The notes: a model not told the origin generated them from the letters alone. A stretch of 64,000 nucleotides of DNA from a virus (IMGVR_UViG_3300032007_000002); one strand, 5' to 3'; positions 9,758 through 17,504 are shown, counted from the first letter of the stretch. Numbers and translations are program-made.

Positions 9758-10009
9758 TCAATACTCGAACTCTATGTCCCCGTCCTTGAAGATGTCCTGC
9801 GGGATGGGTTCCCCGTCCGTGGTGGTCTCGTTTTCGAGGCACGCCTGCGGTATGTAGGTGTTGCCCCCGAATTGTACCATCCCATGAGCTAGGGCGTCTT
9901 TAAGCGGTTCCGTGTCGCCCGCTTTGAGCCTGCGGAGCTCGTCAATACTCAGGTTCACGCTCGCCCCGAGACGGAACCAAACAGCTACCCTCTTATTTCC
10001 ATCGGCCAT
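9758..10009 (-). CDS. Hypothetical protein (83 aa)
   Basis: GGGGGCG RBS-like sequence and coding-like composition. Confidence 0.65.
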   Translation of the reverse strand: MADGNKRVAVWFRLGASVNLSIDELRRLKAGDTEPLKDALAHGMVQFGGNTYIPQACLENETTTDGEPIPQDIFKDGDIEFEY

Positions 10010-10197
10010 AATCGCCCCCTATCTTAGGTTATTGGCCACTAGCGTGGCGAGTACCATGAATGATAATAAAAACGCCCACATAGTGACCTCCATCGGTTGA
10101 CAGGCTCCCTATGTGATCGGGGAGGGAGATCCCCAGCACCACGCCCGTGATTCCGCCCGCCCACGGGAGCGAAAAGAGGGGGCTTGCGCCCGCCCTC

Positions 10198-10533
10198 TTA
10201 CATGGTCTTATAGACAATTTGGCCGCCCTCAACGTCAATCACGACACTATCGGGGCGGAACCCTAATATTTCGTCTAGGCTCTTAAATCCGCCCTCTTCG
10301 TCGGGGCGGCTCGCCTTATAGACCTCTTCGGCCGTCATCTTCTTTTCGCACTCCCGCCAATCATTGCGGAACGTCAGGCCGTGGATGGGGGCAAAGTCTT
10401 TGCCATCTTCGGACATGGCTTCGACTTCGCCCACGGCATTATCCCAAATTGCGGGGTGGCTCATGCCCGTATCTTCGCACTTGTAAATGGCGTTGGGCAT
10501 GGGGGAACGTGTATCTACTGCAACGAGAAACAT
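10198..10533 (-). CDS. Hypothetical early cassette protein (111 aa)
   Basis: Start MFLVA after cassette RBS. Confidence 0.75.
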   Translation of the reverse strand: MFLVAVDTRSPMPNAIYKCEDTGMSHPAIWDNAVGEVEAMSEDGKDFAPIHGLTFRNDWRECEKKMTAEEVYKASRPDEEGGFKSLDEILGFRPDSVVIDVEGGQIVYKTM

Positions 10534-10646
10534 TGTCAATCTCCTATCGGTTGGTGCTCTCCCTATGTGATCGGGGAGGGAGATCCCCCGCGTGCGCCCG
10601 TGATTCCGACGGCCCACGGCGCGAAAAAGGGGCTTGCGCCCCTCGT

Positions 10647-10841
10647 TTACGGCCTCAGATAGCGGTTCAATGCAACAATGTTCTTGAACGGGAAACAGAT
10701 TTTGCTTTTCGGGTCAAGGACGGCCGTTATGGAGCCATCCGCGCAAAACGTTAAATCCCCGTTTGGATAGTTTTTCAGAAATTTCTTGCGGATGAACTTT
10801 TTCATGTTGGTGGAATAGGCTTCAATAGTCTTGTTGGGCAT
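10647..10841 (-). CDS. Small basic hypothetical protein (64 aa)
   Basis: Cassette RBS upstream and terminator downstream. Confidence 0.7.
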   Translation of the reverse strand: MPNKTIEAYSTNMKKFIRKKFLKNYPNGDLTFCADGSITAVLDPKSKICFPFKNIVALNRYLRP

Positions 10842-10999
10842 AAGCAATCTCCTTTCGGTTGGTAGTCTCCCTATGTGATCGGGGAGGGAGCTTCCCCGTA
10901 TACGCCCGTGATTCCGCCATCACACGGGCGGAAAAGAGGGCTTTCGCCCTCTTCCCCGTGCTGGTTGATGTTCCCCCTATGTGACGAGTAAAAAGGCGG

Positions 11000-11260
11000 T
11001 TAAGCCTCTTTAATGAGTTGCCACTCAAACCGCATTAAACGCACGTTTAACTCTCGGCTGATTTTCCAGCCCACGAGCATAACGCGGGCGAGCATGCACT
11101 CATAATAGACCTGTCCTGTCCGCATATCTACATATATGCGGTTCAAAAACGCCCCGCCGGCGTGTTTGGCACGCTCCCATGCGGCTCGGGCGAGCTGCTT
11201 CATGTAGAGCATGTTGGCTTTAATGCACTGCATCATGGTGTTAATCGGCTTCAAGATCAT
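11000..11260 (-). CDS. Hypothetical early cassette protein (86 aa)
   Basis: ATG after cassette RBS. Confidence 0.7.
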   Translation of the reverse strand: MILKPINTMMQCIKANMLYMKQLARAAWERAKHAGGAFLNRIYVDMRTGQVYYECMLARVMLVGWKISRELNVRLMRFEWQLIKEA

Positions 11261-11398
11261 AAGTATCTCCCTTGTTGGTGCTCTCCCTATGTTACGCGTA
11301 TGCGTGCGGGAGATCCCTGTCCCGTGATTCCGGCAATGTTTCATGTGAAACAATGGCCGACCGTGGGTTCGGAGTAGCACCCACGGGCGACCGCTCTG

Positions 11399-11533
11399 TT
11401 AGTCTTCGCTGTCGCCGAACAATGCCGTAAACGCGTCATCTAATTCGCGTTCAAGCGAGTTCTGATAGACGATAAAGCCCTCATCTTCAAGTTCAGCGGT
11501 GACTTCTTTGCGAGCGTCTTCTTTTTGTGCCAT
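11399..11533 (-). CDS. Acidic 44-aa peptide, first coding cassette of the array
   Basis: Hand translation MAQKEDARKEVTAELEDEGFIVYQNSLERELDDAFTALFGDSED after AAGGAGAT; below the ORF-track length cut-off. Confidence 0.7.
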   Translation of the reverse strand: MAQKEDARKEVTAELEDEGFIVYQNSLERELDDAFTALFGDSED

Positions 11534-11577
11534 GGTAGCATCTCCTTGTTGGTGCTCTCCCTATGTGAAGGGCGGAT

Positions 11578-11912
11578 TTGCCGTTAGGGTCTTCCCCCGT
11601 GATTCCGTGCAGGGGAGTTAAAAGGGAAGCCCCTAGCATTGGACCTGGCAAGCTATCTAGTTCGCGACCTAGTCAGCTAATGCGTGTCCCTCAGCTAGGG
11701 GCTTTTGCGGATGGCAGGCGAGGGGATTTCAGCGACAACAAGAGGACGTTTATGTCCTGCCGTCAGTGGCTTGTCGTGTTCCTCGGCTTAACGCTGCCAT
11801 CCATTGGCTCCGCAGGTTCCTATCCTGCTGCCGAACGTAACCACCCTATGTGATCGGCCTGTCCGTTTGCCGTTAGGACGCCGTGATTCCCCCAGGTCGA
11901 TTTGCCGTTAGG
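11578..11912. repeat. TTTGCCGTTAGG direct repeat x3
   Basis: Copies at about 11578, 11866 and 11901; two sit inside or next to cassette boxes. Confidence 0.7.
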
Positions 11913-12240
11913 GGGTATCCTATATGTAATCGCACCACTGGTTAGCGCCTGCCCCCGCACCCCCTCCCACAACACGTTCCTAGAATATCAGCGCTCCGCG
12001 CCACCTCCCCAGGGCGTCTCTGTAAACTTCCGGTTACAAAAGTTAAAAGAAAAAACGTGGGTACGGAAAAATAGAAAAAGCAAAACGTACCCCCACCCCC
12101 TCCGGCGCAGCGCGAGTCGGTAGGGGGGTCTGGGAGTATTTTGTAACATTTTTGTAAGGAACCACCTCCCCGCCTTGTTTTGAAAGCGTACAGGGGGTGT
12201 TTCCGAAAAATTTCTGGGGGTGGGGGGTATCTGGCCGCCC

Positions 12241-12507
12241 CTAGCGGGTCTTTCCAAGGAGTTCGTTCATCCTGGCGACTATGCTGTCCATCGTATCGAG
12301 GCCGTCGAACGATCCGTCGGGGACGGTTATGTTGAAGTCGTTCTCGACGTCGTATTCGAGGAAGAGGCGGTCCGTGTCGTCGAACATGGTGACGTCGGCG
12401 AGACTCTGGCCGGGCTGTTCCAGGCACTCCCTGGTTGTGCCGAAGCGGTCTTCCAGCCAATCCAGGAGCCATTCCCTGGGGTCTTCTATTCCGCAGTGTT
12501 CTGACAT
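12241..12507 (-). CDS. Acyl-carrier-protein-like protein lacking the phosphopantetheine Ser (88 aa)
   Basis: DDTDRLFLEYDVENDFNITVPD aligns by eye to ACP [22 protein letters not shown] with S replaced by D; GGAGG RBS. Confidence 0.65.
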   Translation of the reverse strand: MSEHCGIEDPREWLLDWLEDRFGTTRECLEQPGQSLADVTMFDDTDRLFLEYDVENDFNITVPDGSFDGLDTMDSIVARMNELLGKTR

Positions 12508-12668
12508 GTGTCCTCCGTTTGGCCTATGGCGTTTTTCAGCGTGTCGGCGAGGTTCGTTGCTGCGAGGCCCTCTAACGAGAAGGATTTGTTCTCGTCTTTC
12601 ATGTGCCGGTCGAAGGCGTCCTTGTCCCGGCCGAAGTCCGCCTTGCAGAAGGGGCATCTGAAACCCAT
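12486..12668 (-). CDS. Small zinc-finger-like protein (60 aa)
   Basis: CPFC-x12-H motif; GGAGG RBS; first gene downstream of the array. Confidence 0.65.
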   Translation of the reverse strand: MGFRCPFCKADFGRDKDAFDRHMKDENKSFSLEGLAATNLADTLKNAIGQTEDTCQNTAE

Positions 12669-12760
12669 GGTATAGATCCTCCATAATGTTAATGAATGTT
12701 TACATGCCGTCGATGTACTTGCTGGCGGCCATGTATTGTAACTCGGTTCGAGCCCTCGTA

Positions 12761-13700
12761 GCTGTCAACGGCCTTCAAACCGTGGCCGTTTCGAGCGTGA
12801 GCATAAGATGCGGTGCTGTCAACGGCCTTCACGTCATGACCGTTTCGAGCGACGGTGAGTTCGGTGGGACGAACTTGGAAGCTGTCAGCGGCCTACGTTT
12901 CGCGACCGTATCGAGCAAAATGTGGTCGAAATATTTATATGTTCGCTGTCAACGGCCGTCAAAACATGGCCGTTTCGAGCCTTTCGTCGCATACGTCGCA
13001 ACACATCGGTGCTGTCAACGGCCTTTAAACCGTGACCGTTTCGAGCGGGCTTTAATTGCGTGCTACGAAGCATGCTGCTGTCGGCGGCCTTCAACCCGTG
13101 ACCGTTTCGAGCACTGAACCTTAAAAAAGGACTTCACTAGCTGTCAACGGCCTCATATTTCGACCGTTTCGAGCCTTCGAGATAACACTACCAGCATCCT
13201 CCTTGCTGTCAACGGCCTTTAAATCCCAACCGTTTCGAGCCTGCATCCTTGACACACCATCATCTGCTGCTGTCAACGGCCTGCAAGTTCCAACCGTTTC
13301 GAGCGGTGATTGTGACACCATCCGTGACCACCGAGCTGTCAACGGCCCCAAAATTCCGACCGTTTCGAGCGCCATTAGCTCTTCCTCTTTCCTCTCTTTC
13401 GCTGTCAACGGTCTACATATTCCGACCGTTTCGAGCATCCATTCCTCATCGACAGAGGCAATGGCGGCTGTCAACGGCCTACATATTCCGACCGTTTCGA
13501 GCCCTGCTATATAACAACAACAGCTTATAGCCGCTGTCAACAGCCTACATATTCCGGCCGTTTCGAGCATACTCCTATATCACACAAACCCTGGGGGTGC
13601 TGTCAACGGCCTCCAAATTCCGACCGTTTCGAGCCAAAAATTTTGTTAATTTCGCAATATGGCTGCTGTCAACGGCCTCCAAATTCCGACCGTTTCGAGC
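12761..13700 (-). CRISPR. CRISPR array, 15 repeats of 36 bp (one 35 bp) and 14 spacers (mostly 30 bp; range 18-30)
   Basis: Plus-strand repeat starts: 12761, 12815, 12881, 12945, 13011, 13077, 13140, 13205, 13269, 13335, 13401, 13467, 13533, 13599, 13665. Minus-strand leader-proximal repeat GCTCGAAACGGTCGGAATTTGGAGGCCGTTGACAGC with stem AACGGTC/GGCCGTT. Unique spacers; divergence increases away from the effector. Confidence 0.97.
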
Positions 13701-13763
13701 TGGCCTGCCGTAACGCGGTGTCCATCAAGGACTTGCGTCCCGGCAGGGTTAAGAAATCCGTCA
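13701..13763 (-). promoter_or_regulatory. Short structured leader between effector stop codon and first repeat
   Basis: CCTGCCG/CGGCAGG closing stem (13704-13747) enclosing a GGAC-GCAA-GTCC hairpin. Confidence 0.5.
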
Positions 13764-16448
13764 TCATTTCGGGAGGTACTTGAAAATTTTGCGTTTCCCG
13801 ATGACCCGTGCGGCGTTCTGGTCTGCGTTCTGCTTCACCCCGTACACCGGGGAGCTGCTGTCGGCGAAAGAGATGAACAGGCGCCTGCAGCGGTAGTTCC
13901 ACCCGTTCTTCCTGCACCCTTCCACGCCTGCCGCCTCCGCCATCGCGTTGGTGACCTTCTTGGGCCTGGGCAGTCCGGTGGCCGCGCACGTGGTGGACGT
14001 CCCCTCCTTCCTGACGGTGGCGACGGCGATGCCGCGCTTGTCGGCCATGCGGGCCATGTCGCCGGATTCCGTCCCGATCCGCATGATGCGGTTGATTTCG
14101 GACATGACGCGGGCGAGGACGGTGCGTTCGATGCACTCCTGGGATGCGACGGCCATGGCGATCATGTTGCCGTCGGGAGTGACCGTGAGGTTCACCGGTT
14201 CGTAGAGGGAGGCCATCCAGTTCTTCCTGCGGTTCGCCTCGACAAGCGCGGAGACGGTTTCCGTGGTCTGTCCCGGCGGGAGCTGGAGGGTGACGGAGGC
14301 CACGGCCTTGCCGTGCACGAACTTGCAGTTGGGCCAGCGTTCCCCGAGCGGGAGGGTGTCGAGCCATCCTGCGGCGATGCACTTTGCCGCGCCGGGCACG
14401 CCCTTGAGGTCGGGTTCCCCGTCGAAGTCGAGGGAGTCCTCCATCTTGATGACGCGGAGGGAGCCCTTCCCGTATTCCGTATCGAGGAAGGCGATTGCGC
14501 GGAGGCGGTCCTTCGTGGTGGAGAGCTTTTCCGCGAGGGCTGCGCGTTCTTCGAGGAGCTTTGCCGCGTCCGGGGTATTGATGAACGGTTCCGCGATGCG
14601 GTCGTGGGTTTCCTCCCACAGGGCCGTCGCGTGGAAGTAGCGTTCGTAGTTGGCGACGAGGGAGCGGAGGTGCTTCCTGAGAAGGAACGTGTAGCGGATG
14701 ATGTTGTCCTTGCGGGATCCCTTTACGTATTTCGGGGTGCCGTCCGGGTTCTTCTCGGACATGAGGAAGCGCAGGAAGCCCTGCAGCGGGTCCGGTCCCG
14801 GGAAGCTGCCGCCCCTGGAAACGAAGCCGAAGCGGGCGCCGAGGAGTAGGCCGACCGCGGCGGTGTGCTCCGGGTCCGCGGCGGTGAGGGAGTTGAGCTC
14901 GAGGTCCTCCATGACGGAACGGATTTCGCGTTCCACCAGGCCGGCCCCGGAGAGCTGGCCCTCGATCTTCTTTCCGTATTTTTTGTACCAGGCGTCGAGC
15001 TCGGCGACGAAGTCCACCGTGTCGGGCACGAGGGACTGGGGGACGGAGGTGTAGAGCCAGAATACGGCGGAGTTCACGTCGATGCCGGCAACTGCACGTT
15101 CGGGCACCTTTTCCGGGTCGGAGACCTTGATTTCGGTGCGTTCGCGGGTACCGGGGACGGCGATGAAGAATTTCCTCCGGGCCTTCGCGAGGGAGTTCCC
15201 TTCGGGCACGGTGTCCTTCGGGTCCACGTCCGGGGCGACCGATATGGTTACTGTCGGCTTCTGGGCAATCTTGTCGGCGGTCAGGTCGGCGAAGTAGGGG
15301 AACTTGCCGGTGCGGGACCTCGAAGCGGACTTGAAGCGGAGCGTGATGCGCGGGTTCTCGCCTTCGAGGCACGGGAAGCAGCCCCTGACTGAAATGGACG
15401 ACTGGTACTGGCTTCCCGGCTGGTCGCCGATGGTTATGCTCGCGTGAGTGAACTGGATTCCCGCTGCCGGCGTAATCTGCGGGGCGGTTGCGGCCGCGCG
15501 TTCGACGAACAGCTTCATCGCGGCGTTGTAAGTTTCCATGAAGGCGCCGTCGAGCTGCGGTTCGTCAATCTGGACGTTCCTGCCGTCGATCCGGTAGTAG
15601 GGTCTGTTGTCGGTCTTTGCGGACTTCTTGCCCCACGGCCATCTTGCCTTGTCCGGGGTGCGCCCGTTCAGGTAGGAATGCGTGTCGGGGCCGATGAGGT
15701 CTGCCTGGGCGAATACGATCTTGGTCTGCTTCGGCATGGACTTCCAGTTGTCCTCCTTGCGGGAGGCGTCGTCGCCGTTCCATCCGAGGGCGAGCTTGAT
15801 GCAGCGGGAGAAGAGCTTGTCCGGCTTGGCGCTTGCCAGCTCGCGGTGCATCTTCTTGGTGACGTAGCCGAGCAGCTTGGAGTTGATAAACGGGGGGAGA
15901 ATATTCTGGGAAAGTTCCGAAATGTGGCACTTGGCAAAGTCGCCTGCGGAAACCCCGCGGTAGTCCGCTACGAGGTTCTTGAAGACATTTTCGAGCGTGT
16001 TAAAGTTGTACCCGATGATATTTGCAAACTCCGGCGTTCTTAGCAAGGAGTCCGTCTGTCTGGTTCCTCCCAGGATGCGGTTGGCCTGGATGGACACGGC
16101 GTTTCCGCCGATGTTCAGGTAGATGAACTTGCCATCGCCGTTGTCCAGCGTGAGGAGGTGCTTGGAGACGATTTCCCTGAGCGCGACGTTCTTGTCGTCG
16201 AAAAAGTCCCAGATGTAGAACTTCTCGACGGACTTGTCTTCGAGCACGACGCCGACTGTATCGAACATGTGCGACATGATTGCCTTGATGGCGCGGTTTG
16301 CTGTCTCGATGCCTGCGCGTACCGATGCGGTAACTCGTTCGGCGTCGGAAACCGACGTCGCGGCCAGTTCCATCTTGTAAGCGCGGTCATCCGTGGTGGG
16401 AGTGTAGTCGATCCCGTCAACTGTCTTTGTAAGGGTATTGTCTTTCAT
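13764..16448 (-). CDS. cas12: Type V CRISPR effector-like RuvC protein, Cas-lambda/Cas12L-like (894 aa)
   Basis: RuvC-I AGIDVN (D457), RuvC-II IKMED (E670), RuvC-III NADQNAARVI (D876); ends 63 bp before the array; helical segment with EPFINT resembles Cas-lambda HPFSNT (from memory). Confidence 0.88.
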   Translation of the reverse strand: MKDNTLTKTVDGIDYTPTTDDRAYKMELAATSVSDAERVTASVRAGIETANRAIKAIMSHMFDTVGVVLEDKSVEKFYIWDFFDDKNVALREIVSKHLLTLDNGDGKFIYLNIGGNAVSIQANRILGGTRQTDSLLRTPEFANIIGYNFNTLENVFKNLVADYRGVSAGDFAKCHISELSQNILPPFINSKLLGYVTKKMHRELASAKPDKLFSRCIKLALGWNGDDASRKEDNWKSMPKQTKIVFAQADLIGPDTHSYLNGRTPDKARWPWGKKSAKTDNRPYYRIDGRNVQIDEPQLDGAFMETYNAAMKLFVERAAATAPQITPAAGIQFTHASITIGDQPGSQYQSSISVRGCFPCLEGENPRITLRFKSASRSRTGKFPYFADLTADKIAQKPTVTISVAPDVDPKDTVPEGNSLAKARRKFFIAVPGTRERTEIKVSDPEKVPERAVAGIDVNSAVFWLYTSVPQSLVPDTVDFVAELDAWYKKYGKKIEGQLSGAGLVEREIRSVMEDLELNSLTAADPEHTAAVGLLLGARFGFVSRGGSFPGPDPLQGFLRFLMSEKNPDGTPKYVKGSRKDNIIRYTFLLRKHLRSLVANYERYFHATALWEETHDRIAEPFINTPDAAKLLEERAALAEKLSTTKDRLRAIAFLDTEYGKGSLRVIKMEDSLDFDGEPDLKGVPGAAKCIAAGWLDTLPLGERWPNCKFVHGKAVASVTLQLPPGQTTETVSALVEANRRKNWMASLYEPVNLTVTPDGNMIAMAVASQECIERTVLARVMSEINRIMRIGTESGDMARMADKRGIAVATVRKEGTSTTCAATGLPRPKKVTNAMAEAAGVEGCRKNGWNYRCRRLFISFADSSSPVYGVKQNADQNAARVIGKRKIFKYLPK

Positions 16449-16452
16449 GCCT

Positions 16453-16467
16453 GAAATATAGCAAAAA
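16453..16467 (-). promoter_or_regulatory. TTTTGCTATATTTC promoter motif (representative of about 15 copies)
   Basis: Copies near 6952, 16453, 19350, 24106, 26005 (TAAATT variant), 30313, 32625, 35612, 40274, 44900, 49197, 53676, 56282, 59632, 60638; resembles the FCB-type TAnnTTTG -7 element. Confidence 0.8.
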
Positions 16468-16506
16468 CATGTCCGCCGCTTAGCGCGGTTCGGAAGAAAG
16501 CCGTAA

Positions 16507-16908
16507 TCAGCAGGCCGGAGACATGATCCACATGAGGCCCCTGATGGCCATTATGGCGGAGTCGGCCAGAAACGCGGCCGATATGGCGAGGAACGCCACC
16601 AGGGAGCACAGTCCAGGCCAGGGCGACCTGTTCCCCAGTTCCCGTATGATGTAGTATTCCCCCAGGAAGCCCCACAGGTACGGCGGGTTCATCCGCCTGG
16701 ACCACTTGGGGCCGAGGTCGAGTATGAATTCGTCATGGATGTTGTCCCCGTAGCCCCTGATGACACGGATGAGATGTCGGTTCAGCTGTATGGCCGACAT
16801 GACGGCCAGTGCGGCCAGTACGGGCCACCACCATCCGTCGAGTTCGGTCAACAGGTAGCATATCAGTTTTTCGAGGCCCGTAAGCAGGCGGCAGATGAGG
16901 TTTTCCAT
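16507..16908 (-). CDS. Membrane protein (133 aa)
   Basis: Two hydrophobic segments. Confidence 0.65.
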   Translation of the reverse strand: MENLICRLLTGLEKLICYLLTELDGWWWPVLAALAVMSAIQLNRHLIRVIRGYGDNIHDEFILDLGPKWSRRMNPPYLWGFLGEYYIIRELGNRSPWPGLCSLVAFLAISAAFLADSAIMAIRGLMWIMSPAC

Positions 16909-16912
16909 ATAG

Positions 16913-17164
16913 TTATCCCGATACTGAAGGCCATCCGTCCCGGACCTTCTCGCGGCCTTCTTTCAGCTGCGGCCGGTTGGCTTCCAGCTTTTCCAGTATT
17001 CGTTGGTTTATCTTGGCAAACACATTCGGCTTTATATTCTTTTTATGGACGAGGAATATTTCACGCAGTTCATTCCATTCGGCCGGGGTGAACGTGACGG
17101 TGACATCCTGGAAATCGGATGCCATCGCGATGCGCTCGTTGCCGTTCTTGTCACGGACAATCAT
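16913..17164 (-). CDS. Hypothetical protein (83 aa)
   Basis: Tightly packed in a minus-strand operon; GGAGG RBS. Confidence 0.65.
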   Translation of the reverse strand: MIVRDKNGNERIAMASDFQDVTVTFTPAEWNELREIFLVHKKNIKPNVFAKINQRILEKLEANRPQLKEGREKVRDGWPSVSG

Positions 17165-17504
17165 TGAACCGCCTCCTTATTGCGGCATCGTCCTCGTCCT
17201 GCAGGAGCCTTATGGCACAGCGCCTGATGTCGAACATGGAGTTCATGTCATAGGCGGAGTAGCGTTCCGGGTGTTTCTGGCTGTCCAGCTTGGCGAGAAT
17301 ACCTACTGCGCACCGGGAGGCATTCTTTTTGTCCTGGGGGAAGTTGTTGGCGCAGTATGCCACGAAGTCGTTCGCGTCGTTGGCGATGGAGCTTACCTTT
17401 TCCGGCGGGGTTTCGGACAGGCGGCGGAAGAGGGCGTCGCGGACGGCGAGCTTGTAGGCGAGGGGCGCGATCTGACTGTGTGGAAGGAGTCCGTCATTTG
17501 TCAT
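17151..17504 (-). CDS. Hypothetical protein (117 aa)
   Basis: Operon packing, RBS. Confidence 0.65.
   Translation of the reverse strand: MTNDGLLPHSQIAPLAYKLAVRDALFRRLSETPPEKVSSIANDANDFVAYCANNFPQDKKNASRCAVGILAKLDSQKHPERYSAYDMNSMFDIRRCAIRLLQDEDDAAIRRRFNDCP

Larger units (their letters stand above)
61..11890 (-). repeat. Array of about 26 dispersed bipartite promoter/RBS cassette repeats, one ahead of almost every small gene
   Basis: Minus-strand consensus GGAATCACGGG-N-CCCG(AT/T)(C/A)ACATAGGG(A/G)G-N2-ACCAACAAGGAGAT-N-ATG. Plus-strand CTATGT(G/T)A box starts at 84, 735, 1335, 2180, 2577, 2864, 3457, 3919, 4232, 4728, 5256, 5744, 6181, 6902 (degenerate), 7459, 7916, 8706, 9122, 9711, 10109, 10563, 10871, 10977 (half copy), 11287, 11561, 11846. 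GTGATTCC follows 28-30 nt later (mostly 29). Confidence 0.95.

Noticed and set aside
61-11890. Cassette repeats as a CRISPR array or integron attC sites
   Set aside because: Units are separated by whole genes, contain an RBS, lack RYYYAAC/GTTRRRY ends, and no integrase is in the window
12718-12753. Possible 16th degenerate repeat
   Set aside because: Only GCTG..GGCC and TTCGAGC match and the gap to the next repeat is 7 nt; left out of the count
12686-13570. ORFs called across the CRISPR array (for example 13121-13570 minus, 12686-13117 plus)
   Set aside because: Their repetitive peptides (LETVG..RPLTA) are translations of the repeats; the 66-bp period keeps frames open
12797-13664. Self-targeting spacers
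   Set aside because: No match to this window noticed, but an exhaustive search was not possible by eye
12241-17200. tracrRNA or cas1/cas2/cas4 near the effector
   Set aside because: No anti-repeat or adaptation-gene motifs seen by eye; could exist outside the window
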